Virus record (IMG/VR): IMGVR_UViG_3300024046_000005
Location: 3,842 to 67,841 of that record
Direction: 5' to 3' (one strand)
DNA from: a virus
Taxonomy: Duplodnaviria; Caudoviricetes
DNA: 64,000 bases
Part shown: positions 45,171-53,093 of the stretch, piece by piece
Numbering within the stretch: the stretch's first letter is position 1
Layout of the letters: each line of letters begins with the position of its first letter
Program-made: the position numbers and the translations under genes
Notes under the pieces: generated by a model
Databases searched by the model: none
What the model saw: only the letters and a program-made list of their open reading frames with translations
Told to the model about the DNA's origin: nothing

Positions 45171-45611
45171 TTGATCGCCGCCCTGCTCTGCCTGGTTGTC
45201 GGCATATCGGACGGCGACACCCTCACCGCACGCTGCGGCGAGCCTGGCGCCTATGAGCAGATCAAGGTGCGCCTGGCAGCTATCGATGCACCGGAATCAC
45301 GCCAGCCCTTCGGTCAGAAATCGCGCCAGCACCTGGCGCAATTGTGCTTCCAGCAGCAGGCCACTATTACCCCGAAATCACGAGACAGGTACGGGCGCAC
45401 CGTGGCAGACGTGGAATGCCGGGGTCAGGATGCTGGAACGGAACAAGTTAAGGCGGGAATGGCCTGGTACTACGTCAAATACGGCAGGGGATACGAGCAC
45501 CTGCAAACGGTCGAGCGCGATGCGCGGACAGCGCGGCGCGGGCTGTGGGCCGACGAGGAACCCGTGCCGCCATGGGATTGGCGAAAATCGAAGAAGGAAC
45601 GGAAACCATGA
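45171..45611 (+). CDS. Thermonuclease (SNase) family protein
   Basis: VGISDGDTL...VRLAAIDAPE..QPFG...DRYGRTVA...GMAWYY...RGLW. Confidence 0.92.
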   Translation: MIAALLCLVVGISDGDTLTARCGEPGAYEQIKVRLAAIDAPESRQPFGQKSRQHLAQLCFQQQATITPKSRDRYGRTVADVECRGQDAGTEQVKAGMAWYYVKYGRGYEHLQTVERDARTARRGLWADEEPVPPWDWRKSKKERKP

Positions 45612-45826
45612 AACCAGCGCCTCTACTCCAATACACCACCGTCCGCGCCCGCATCGCAGACGGCAAGCCCCTCATTGGCATCAAGCACACAGCCAAGGGC
45701 GCGGATGGTGCAGAGGTCAAGCACGACTGGATCGAGATGTCACCAGACACAGCGCGGGGGCTCATCAAGACGCTGCAGGAGTCGCTGGCAGAACTGGACA
45801 ATGGCACTCAGCCAGCAAGGGCATGA
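45608..45826 (+). CDS. Small hypothetical protein
   Basis: 72-aa ORF coupled to the nuclease (ATGA). Confidence 0.5.
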   Translation: MKPAPLLQYTTVRARIADGKPLIGIKHTAKGADGAEVKHDWIEMSPDTARGLIKTLQESLAELDNGTQPARA

Positions 45827-45908
45827 GGTGGGGAACGGTTGATCTTGCGCCGGGCGCGCCGAGGCATCTTGCCATGCCACAACCAAAACAACCTATGGAG
45901 TGGGCAGT

Positions 45909-46295
45909 ATGCGGCGCGACTTAGACCTTGTTCGAGAAATCCTGCTCTGGATGGAAAGCCTAGAGGAAGGTAGCGCAGCGAACCAAGAACCAGAAATTCC
46001 AGAGCGAACCGCCGAGGAGATTGGATTTCACGCACACCTGATGGCTCAGGCTGGGCTGATCACTGCAGCCGACATCGGGGGCTCGTTCGCATTGACGCCA
46101 CAGGCCATGCCCATGAGCATCACATGGCAGGGCTACGAATTCCTGGATGCCTCGCGCGATGACACCATCTGGCAGAAGGCCAAACGAACCGTTCTTGCCT
46201 CCGGTGCAAGCATCGCATTCAATCTACTGCTGGAGTATCTGAAGGAGGAGGGAAAGAAGCGTCTAGGATTTTCCGGAGCGCCGCCCAGCAATTGA
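45909..46295 (+). CDS. DUF2513-like protein
   Basis: MRRDLDLVREILL...ITWQGYEFLDASRDDTIW. Confidence 0.8.
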   Translation: MRRDLDLVREILLWMESLEEGSAANQEPEIPERTAEEIGFHAHLMAQAGLITAADIGGSFALTPQAMPMSITWQGYEFLDASRDDTIWQKAKRTVLASGASIAFNLLLEYLKEEGKKRLGFSGAPPSN

Positions 46296-46604
46296 AGTAG
46301 CACGTCGCACCGTGCTCAATGAAGCGCCTGCCGAACGCATCATCTGGCGGTTGCATCGCGGCGACTTGAAAGGCCAGCCGCGCCCTCCGCGCCATCTCGT
46401 CGGCTGCAGCTTCAAGCGCCGCTAGAGCCGCACCGTTCATTTCCATCATGGGAGCTGACGTTCTCGCCGACTCCCGCCCATCAACAAGCACCAACTCTTC
46501 ACCAACTTTCAGCTCACCCGTCTCGGTGGGCTTTTTTTCGTCTTCATGTTGGGCGGGCATGGGGAGAGTGTAGCGGAGTTGTCAGTTTTAGCTGTCGAAT
46601 TCAC

Positions 46605-46634
46605 TTGACACGATTGTTAGTTATGCCTGACAAT
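46605..46634 (+). promoter_or_regulatory. PL promoter with OL operator
   Basis: TTGACA-N18-GACAAT; 46613-46634 is 21/22 identical to the reverse complement of the OR operator. Confidence 0.8.
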
Positions 46635-47044
46635 ACACCCATCGCACCACACAAGCAAAACACCCCCGGCAAGCGATCCGAAGCCGGTAAGCCCTACAGG
46701 AAGCAGCGGGCGGGGTTAGGCCAGAAGGCCGCAGCGAAGTGATGCGATTGGGGTCAATCCATCGAGAGCAGCCCGACAGCGCCCATTAACACAGCCATGG
46801 ATACAGCCGCACCACGGAAGCGGCCCGCCCCAGCAGTCACGCGGCGGAAGCAAAGCGGCTCACGGCCCGTCTGCAAAAAACGGGGCACGAAGCAAGACAC
46901 CACGGCGGCGAATAGTGATTCGCCACAAAGGCGCCAGGCCGAAGCGGGAGCCCGACTACTCGGGGTGATGTCCGCCAGCCCCTCTCACGAGGGGCCGAAC
47001 CACAGCCTTGCGCGCAGGGCTGTGGTTTGAACAAGGAGAGCAGC

Positions 47045-47233
47045 ATGGAAGCAAAGCACACTCCGGGGCCGTGGTACGTGGTTCCGTACAACAACGGATA
47101 CGAAGACCGCGAGACGCTGCAGCATCGTGACAGCCCGATCCAGCGGCCGTCTTTCTGTTTCAACACAGAGGTTGGCTACGGCCAAGCGGAGGCAGATCGG
47201 CGCAATGCCGCTGCCGTCAAGTCCACCCAGTAA
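47045..47233 (+). CDS. Small early phage protein
   Basis: RBS AAGGAG; KHTPGPW motif common in phage early proteins. Confidence 0.65.
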   Translation: MEAKHTPGPWYVVPYNNGYEDRETLQHRDSPIQRPSFCFNTEVGYGQAEADRRNAAAVKSTQ

Positions 47234-47269
47234 CCCCACTCCCCGGCAGTGCCGGCCAAGGGAAGCGCA

Positions 47270-47467
47270 ATGCCCTACTACCAAGTGACCGTGACCGCGA
47301 GCGTTCTGATGCTTGTTCGAGCCGATGATGAAGACGATGCAGCTCAAGTCGCATATGAGGAAGTGAATTTCTATTCGGCGGGCGTCAAGGATATATCGGA
47401 GCCGAAGCTGCTGAGCGCGGACGACTTTGATCGCATGCGCCGTCACGCTGACCAGATTCTCAATTGA
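47270..47467 (+). CDS. Small early phage protein
   Basis: YYQVTVTASVLMLVRADDEDDA. Confidence 0.6.
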   Translation: MPYYQVTVTASVLMLVRADDEDDAAQVAYEEVNFYSAGVKDISEPKLLSADDFDRMRRHADQILN

Positions 47468-48116
47468 TCCCCCGTCCGCCCTGGCGACGTAAAAGGCCAG
47501 GGCCATCAATAGCGCGCATTGTGGTTGACGACCGAACGCTCCAGCCTAGTCAACGGGAGTGGCAGTGCGGGCTATTGATGGTGGATGCGAAGCCCTCCGT
47601 TACGCCGAAAGCGTGCGTAGCTCGGTGGAGCATGTGTGGCGCCTGGCGGCCCGCTTGCATCGAACTGCATGACCACCCCGGGAAAGCAGCGGGGACTATC
47701 AACCAACCTCACTCACTGAAAGCTCGCTACCGCAGTCCCGCGAGCTATGCGCCGCCTTTGCGCAAAGCGGATGAAATTGGGATCGAGTGGGGTTGGTTGA
47801 TGGTGAAGCCGATACAGCACATCGAAGGCACGCTCTGGCGCTCGGCCGCTCCACCGTCACGGTGGCGTCCAGCATCCCTTAACAACGGGTGTAGCCAAAA
47901 CGTTGAGCCGGTAGGCGTGCTCCCTGTCGATAGCCATCACGCGAAATAACTGTGAAAGCAGGAGAACGGACGGGGCGAAACGCCGTCGCTGGATTCGTAA
48001 CCAGCACCATCATTGAAGCGGCGGCGTGAGGTAGCAGTCACGTCCATGCACTGATCCTGCGGACTGGGCAGATAGAGAACCCAGCACCTAGCCGGTAAAG
48101 CCCGGCCCGCTTCAAT

Positions 48117-48190
48117 GATGGTGAATGGCAGCGCTAGGGATTCCTGCTTGCAGGCCGAAACGCGAGGCGGTTCAAGTCCGCCCACCATCA
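48117..48190 (+). ncRNA. tRNA-like structure (acceptor stem plus T arm; non-canonical D/anticodon region)
   Basis: GATGGTG/CACCATC 7-bp stem; GGCGG-TTCAAGT-CCGCC T arm; 74 nt; no canonical anticodon arm and no encoded CCA. Confidence 0.45.
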
Positions 48191-48471
48191 ACCCGCGCAG
48201 TGTGATTCAAGGCGTTGCCCAAAAGCTGCGTCTCGGGGTGCCAAGCCTTGAATTACCCAATCGTCCGGGCCGCGCGCCGGAGCTGGAACCGTAACCAGCA
48301 CTATCAAGAGCGGGTCGGGGGTTCCTGGCCGTGTGCGCAGCGAGTGGAAGCCTCGCACCAATCCTCCCCTGAGCGGACGCCACGCCGCTCCTTGCCCCGA
48401 TGTCGGGGCTTTTTTATTCCACCGCCAGCCGCCCACCGAGGCGGTTTTCTTTCCCTCAACCGGAGCACGTT

Positions 48472-49062
48472 GTGCACATCACCATCAACCACCCAACCTT
48501 CAATTTCGGCCTCGCGCCCAGCGCCATGGATCGCGCGTTCTTCGCTGCGCTAATGCCCACTACTGACAACGATCCCGACACCCCTGCCCCTGCGCCCGCC
48601 CAGGCCATTGCAGGCCGCCCGCAGATCGGCGAATACTGGCCCGGCCAGGGCGGCATCTACGCAGGCGATTTTCGCGCTGGCGATGGTTCTATCTACGGTC
48701 TGATCGTCGCCCAGGATCAGGACATTGGCACAGCCGCCTGGGGGTCGAACGGCGAGCTCGACCTGAGCAACTGGGATGGCCTGACTAACACCAAGGCACT
48801 GCTAGACAACTGCCCCGCCGCCAAGCTGGCCTCCGGCTACACCCGCGACGATCACAGCGACTTCTACCTGCCCGCGCGCCGCGAGCTGCTGCTAGGCGCG
48901 GCCAATCTGCACGACACCTTCGGCACCGAGAGCTGGTACTGGACCAGCACGCCCCGTGCCGAGCACTACGCCTGGGCGGTCGATTTCGAGACCGGGAACA
49001 CGCCCAGCTTCACCCGGTACAACGAGTTCCGGGTCCGCCCCTTCCGCAGATTCATCTATTAA
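48472..49062 (+). CDS. DGR target protein 1 (DUF1566/C-type-lectin-like C-terminus)
   Basis: RBS GGAG plus GTG; IGEYWPGQGGIYAG, YLPARRELL, WYWTST; ends with VR1. Confidence 0.88.
   Translation: MHITINHPTFNFGLAPSAMDRAFFAALMPTTDNDPDTPAPAPAQAIAGRPQIGEYWPGQGGIYAGDFRAGDGSIYGLIVAQDQDIGTAAWGSNGELDLSNWDGLTNTKALLDNCPAAKLASGYTRDDHSDFYLPARRELLLGAANLHDTFGTESWYWTSTPRAEHYAWAVDFETGNTPSFTRYNEFRVRPFRRFIY
48970..49048 (+). repeat. DGR variable repeat VR1
   Basis: 69/79 identical to TR; all 10 mismatches at TR adenines. Confidence 0.97.
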
Positions 49063-49101
49063 GCCCTTCGCCCCTTTCTTCCCCCCACAGCAGGAACATC
49101 T

Positions 49102-49512
49102 ATGACCACCGAAACCCAAGCGACCATCCCCGCTATCAACCAGCCGTGGCCCGAGCAGGGCGGCATCTACATCGGCTCGCGCCTCATCAACGGCGTCGTG
49201 CATCACGTCGTCATCGCTGACGGCGGCACAGCGCACGACCTTGAAGACCAGGCGGCCAAGGACGCCCAGGGCGTGCAGTTCGGAGAAATCAACGGGCATA
49301 GCGACTGGCATGCCGGCGACCAGGAAGACGTGATGCTGGCCTACATCAACGCCCGGGAGCACTTCGAGCCCACCTACTACTGGAGCCGCAGCGAGCACCA
49401 CGGCTGGCCCTGGGCGGTCGATTTCGAGTACGGAGACACGACCACCTTCTACCGGCACGACGAGTTCCGGGTCCGCCCCTTCCGCAGTTTTCCCGATTCA
49501 TCCATTCAGTAA
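49102..49512 (+). CDS. DGR target protein 2 (paralog of target 1)
   Basis: INQPWPEQGGIYIG, YYWSRSE; ends with VR2. Confidence 0.88.
   Translation: MTTETQATIPAINQPWPEQGGIYIGSRLINGVVHHVVIADGGTAHDLEDQAAKDAQGVQFGEINGHSDWHAGDQEDVMLAYINAREHFEPTYYWSRSEHHGWPWAVDFEYGDTTTFYRHDEFRVRPFRSFPDSSIQ
49408..49486 (+). repeat. DGR variable repeat VR2
   Basis: 69/79 identical to TR; all 10 mismatches at TR adenines. Confidence 0.97.
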
Positions 49513-49515
49513 TTC

Positions 49516-49530
49516 GCGGGCGTAGCCCGC
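49516..49530 (+). promoter_or_regulatory. DNA hairpin downstream of VR2 (DGR target-recognition element)
   Basis: GCGGGC-GTA-GCCCGC, 30 nt after VR2. Confidence 0.7.
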
Positions 49531-49536
49531 CACGGC

Positions 49537-49998
49537 ATGGCACTCCACACTGATACCGAGATCTACCGGGCCACCTACGACTTGACCAAGATGGTCACAG
49601 CCTACGTGGCCAACATGGAGAGGAACTACAGGGCGGACTTCGGCGCCGAGTTGCGCAGGCGGTGCATGACGCTGGTCATGCGCACCTACGAAGCCAACAC
49701 CTCCGACGACAAGCCGCCCATCCTGCGGCGGATGCGCCAGGAGGTGGAGGCGGTCAACCTGTCGCTGCGCCTTGCCAAAGACCTCAAGCAGATCTCGCCC
49801 AAGCAGTACGGCAACGCCATCGCCCTCACCGCGAGCATAGCCAAACAGGCCACAGGGTGGCAGAGGCATTCGGAGAGTGCGCTTGTCGCCGAGTCGTCAC
49901 GGCGGCCCGGCCAATGCGCCATGGAATCTGGTCGAGCCGCTGGAGCACAACCCCACCGACAGGCGCAGCAGGGATATCAGCGGCAGCAGCCGGAGTGA
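49537..49998 (+). CDS. avd: DGR accessory variability determinant (four-helix bundle)
   Basis: IYRATYDL...LRLAKDLKQISPKQY...SIAKQATGW; between the targets and TR/RT. Confidence 0.88.
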   Translation: MALHTDTEIYRATYDLTKMVTAYVANMERNYRADFGAELRRRCMTLVMRTYEANTSDDKPPILRRMRQEVEAVNLSLRLAKDLKQISPKQYGNAIALTASIAKQATGWQRHSESALVAESSRRPGQCAMESGRAAGAQPHRQAQQGYQRQQPE

Positions 49999-50054
49999 TC
50001 CCGCGCAGTCCGCCCGCTGAGCCATTCGGCGGGCCGACGTGATGAGTTCGACAG

Positions 50055-50133
50055 ACCTGGGCGGTCGATTTCGAGAACGGAAACACGAACAACAACAACC
50101 GGAACAACGAGTTCCGGGTCCGCCCCTTCCGCA
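50055..50133 (+). repeat. DGR template repeat TR
   Basis: 79 bp, 23 adenines including 8 AAC codons; lies between avd and RT; preceded by hairpin 50012-50034. Confidence 0.97.
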
Positions 50134-50152
50134 TATTCCACCGAGAGCTTCT

Positions 50153-51334
50153 ATGGATTCTGGCTACTCAATCGGGAAGCTGGTACAGGCCTACGAGGAC
50201 TGCAAACGGCACAAGCGGACCACCGCGAGCGCCCTGCACTTCGAGCAGCGCCTGGAGCACAACCTGATGGAGCTGCACGAGCGCCTGCTGGACGGCAGCT
50301 ACCGCCCTGGGCGCTCCATCTGCTTCGCGATCAGCCGCCCACGGCCGCGCGAAGTGTGGGCCGCGAGCTTCCCAGACCGGATCGTGCATCACCTAGTCTA
50401 CAACCAGATCGCCGACCGATTCCAGCGGCGGTTCATCGCGGACTCGTGCGCCTGCATCCCCGGACGCGGCACGCTGTACGCTGTAAAGCGTCTCGAAAGC
50501 AAAGTGCGCAGTCAGACGCAGAACTGGAGCCGCCAAGGCTTCTACCTGAAATGCGATTTGGCCAATTTTTTCGTCAGCATCGACAAGCGCAAGCTGTGGC
50601 CGCTGCTGGTCGATCAGATCCATGAGCGCTGGTGGCGCGGCCTCACCAAGACCGTGCTGTTCCACGATCCGCGCGAGGACTTCGAGTTGCGCGGCAGTCC
50701 GGAGACGCTGGCCGCCGTGCCCGCACACAAGCGCCTGATGAATGCCGACCGCTACCACGGGCTGGCAATCGGCAACCTGCCGTCGCAGTTCTGTGCCAAC
50801 GTGCTCTTGAACGAGCTGGATCAGCACGTCAAGCACCGCATCCGCGCCCGGCACTACACGCGCTACGTAGACGACATGGTGCTGCTGCACGAATCGCCCG
50901 ACTGGCTCAACGCCGCGCTGGCCGACATCAACGCCTTCTTGCCAGGGTTGGGCCTCGCGCTCAACCCTCGCAAGACCGTGCTGCAGCCCATCGACAGGGG
51001 CATCGACTACGTGGGCCAGGTCATCCTGCCCTGGCGGCGCGCCACCCGCCGCCGCACGCTGCGCCAGGCCTTGGAGCGGCTGGGAGACATGCCCGACGAG
51101 GACGTGTACGCCAGCGGCAATAGCTACCTTGGCCTTGTACGCCAGGCCAGCCACAGCCACCACGAGCAATCCCTGATCTGCCGCGCCCTGCTCAAACGCG
51201 GGCACGCAGTCGATGGGCTGCACTTCAACAAAGCATTCCGCCGACGATCCGTAGGCAGTGATGCAGCAACGACAAGCCCGCCCCCAGCGGGCTTTTTTAC
51301 GCCCAGGAGCCAACGATGCACACAGACCTCGTAG
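50153..51334 (+). CDS. DGR reverse transcriptase
   Basis: RPREVWAASFPDRIVHH, LKCDLANFFVSID, GLAIGNLPSQFCAN, YTRYVDDMV, IDYVG; start MDSGYS after TR. Confidence 0.95.
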   Translation: MDSGYSIGKLVQAYEDCKRHKRTTASALHFEQRLEHNLMELHERLLDGSYRPGRSICFAISRPRPREVWAASFPDRIVHHLVYNQIADRFQRRFIADSCACIPGRGTLYAVKRLESKVRSQTQNWSRQGFYLKCDLANFFVSIDKRKLWPLLVDQIHERWWRGLTKTVLFHDPREDFELRGSPETLAAVPAHKRLMNADRYHGLAIGNLPSQFCANVLLNELDQHVKHRIRARHYTRYVDDMVLLHESPDWLNAALADINAFLPGLGLALNPRKTVLQPIDRGIDYVGQVILPWRRATRRRTLRQALERLGDMPDEDVYASGNSYLGLVRQASHSHHEQSLICRALLKRGHAVDGLHFNKAFRRRSVGSDAATTSPPPAGFFTPRSQRCTQTS

Positions 51335-51708
51335 ACATTGACCTGGCCCGCCACCTGCGCCAAGTGGACAAGCAAGATGCATTCGACGCATGGATGCAGC
51401 AGCAAGCAGCGGACGAATGCCAGCGCGCAAAGAAAGTGCTGGCCGACCCGCAAGTATGGGATTGGCACGGCCCGGCGCACGTCCTGCAAACCACAGAGCA
51501 AACCCCCTACAGCGCCGACGAAGCACTGCTGGAGGCACGCGAATACAGCGCCGAGGTCAACCGGCTCTATGCAGAGCTGCTGGCCAGCGACGCGGCCAAG
51601 GAACTGCGCGCTGCAGTCGCCGCAGACTGGGCGGATCGGATGTGGGAAACGAGAACTCAGTGGGAAATAGAGGCTGCTGCGCTACAGCATCCATCAGCGA
51701 ACTCTTGA
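51316..51708 (+). CDS. Hypothetical phage protein
   Basis: RBS AGGAG; 130 aa. Confidence 0.65.
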   Translation: MHTDLVDIDLARHLRQVDKQDAFDAWMQQQAADECQRAKKVLADPQVWDWHGPAHVLQTTEQTPYSADEALLEAREYSAEVNRLYAELLASDAAKELRAAVAADWADRMWETRTQWEIEAAALQHPSANS

Positions 51709-51785
51709 GAAGGTGCTTTCACGTAAATCCCCCAAGTCATTTGGTGCGGATTTTTCATAGAGCGCACATAAACCAAACAGGCCAC

Positions 51786-52895
51786 ATGAACACGAAGCAC
51801 GTTATTTCCGTCTCAGGCGGCAAGGACAGTACGGCGACCCTGCTGCTAGCGCTGGAGCGTTGCCCCGCCGGCTCCGTGGTGCCCATCTTCTGCGACACGG
51901 GCAACGAACACGCACAGACCTACGCTTATCTCGATTACCTCGAAGGCGCGCTGGGCGTGAAGGTTCACCGGCTGCGCGCGGACTTCACCAAGGAACTGGC
52001 GGCGAAGCGCCGATTCATCGCCCGCGACGTGCGCCACGCGCGCGAATACCGCAAGGTGCCAAAGACCGACCGCGCCGGGAATCCGGTGTGGCTGCGCGAC
52101 AAGGCCGGGGCGGTGCGCCTGTTCCCGGTTCTGGATGACGATGGCCAGCCCACGGGCGAGCTGGCGCCGCGCCAGGCGTGGGGGTGGGATGGTGGCCGCA
52201 GGGTGCGCTGGTCGAACAAGGCCAAGCGGCGCGCGCTGTCGGTGATGTACCCGAGCGGCAATCCGTTCCTCGATCTGTGCATGTGGAAGGGGCGCTTTCC
52301 CTCGCGCAAGGCGCAGTTCTGCACCGAGGAACTGAAGCGCAACATGGCCGTGGGCTTTCAACTCGATTTGATGGAAGCCGGGCACCGCGTGGTCAGTTGG
52401 CAGGGGGTGCGCCGCGACGAATCGGAGAACCGCCGCCACGCCAAAAAGGTGGAGCGCGTGGGGCGCGGGCTGTGGATCATGCGGCCCATCGTGGCATGGA
52501 CGGCAAAGCAGGTTTTCGACTTCGCAGCCGCCCGCCACATCCACCCCAACCCGCTCTATCTGCAAGGCATGAGCCGGGTGGGCTGTATGCCTTGCATCAA
52601 TTGCAAAAAGGCCGAGCTGCGCCAGATCGCCGCGCGCTGGCCGGAGCATCCAGAGCGCATTGCCGACTGGGAGCGGATAGTCGGGATGTGCAGCAAGCGC
52701 GGCTTCTCCACCTTTATGACTGCTGGCAACATTCCCGAAAAGGATAGACGTCTAATATTCGCCGACCTGAATATCTGGGCGCGCATTTTGTGGAGCAAGA
52801 CCAGCCGGGGCGGAAAGCAGTTCAACCTGCTGGACGAGGTGGAATACGACGGCGCTGGCGGTTGTAGTAGCTCCTACGGCCTCTGCGAGCAATAG
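51786..52895 (+). CDS. PAPS-reductase-family (PP-loop) protein
   Basis: ISVSGGKDSTA, CDTGNEH, QGVRRDESENR, GMSRVGCMPCI. Confidence 0.9.
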   Translation: MNTKHVISVSGGKDSTATLLLALERCPAGSVVPIFCDTGNEHAQTYAYLDYLEGALGVKVHRLRADFTKELAAKRRFIARDVRHAREYRKVPKTDRAGNPVWLRDKAGAVRLFPVLDDDGQPTGELAPRQAWGWDGGRRVRWSNKAKRRALSVMYPSGNPFLDLCMWKGRFPSRKAQFCTEELKRNMAVGFQLDLMEAGHRVVSWQGVRRDESENRRHAKKVERVGRGLWIMRPIVAWTAKQVFDFAAARHIHPNPLYLQGMSRVGCMPCINCKKAELRQIAARWPEHPERIADWERIVGMCSKRGFSTFMTAGNIPEKDRRLIFADLNIWARILWSKTSRGGKQFNLLDEVEYDGAGGCSSSYGLCEQ

Positions 52896-52969
52896 CGATC
52901 GCTGCCCCAGCCGACATAGTCAGCGCCTGCATGCGCCGCCTGCAGCAGCGCGTCCCGCGTTTAGCCGCC

Positions 52970-53026
52970 TGACGCTACTTACCTGATAGCTGCAAGCGCT
53001 TACCTGATAAGCGCTACAGGCCAATT
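52970..53026 (+). repeat. 57-bp palindromic element, copy C
   Basis: TGACGCTACTTACCTGATAGCTGCAAGCGCTTACCTGATAAGCGCTACAGGCCAATT. Confidence 0.8.
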
Positions 53027-53093
53027 TCATTCAAAACCGTCCACGGCTGCCAGCGCGCAGCCTGGGCGAAGCCTTGCCGAAAGGAGCCCCTGC

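Noticed and set aside
46219-46560. 113-aa minus-strand ORF next to DUF2513
   Set aside because: It overlaps the DUF2513 3' end and contains a terminator-like hairpin (46510-46538). A shorter ORF from ~46448 is possible but unsupported.
47464-47949. 161-aa ORF in the PL leader region
   Set aside because: TTG start without an RBS, Trp/Pro/Arg-rich low-plausibility sequence; the region is better explained as structured RNA, though not excluded.
48117-48190. Functional tRNA gene
   Set aside because: Position 8 is A, the D loop would be only 3 nt, there is no 5-bp anticodon stem with a 7-nt loop and no CCA. Kept only as tRNA-like.
48970-50133. Three 79-bp repeats as a CRISPR array or simple paralogy
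   Set aside because: Spacing is irregular, two copies are coding, no cas genes are present, and mismatches are confined to TR adenines.
50039-51334. RT as a retron or group II intron, and ATG 50039 as its start
   Set aside because: The adjacent avd, TR and two A-specific VRs identify a DGR. No intron maturase/endonuclease extension is visible. The 50039 start would translate TR in a meaningless frame, so 50153 is preferred.
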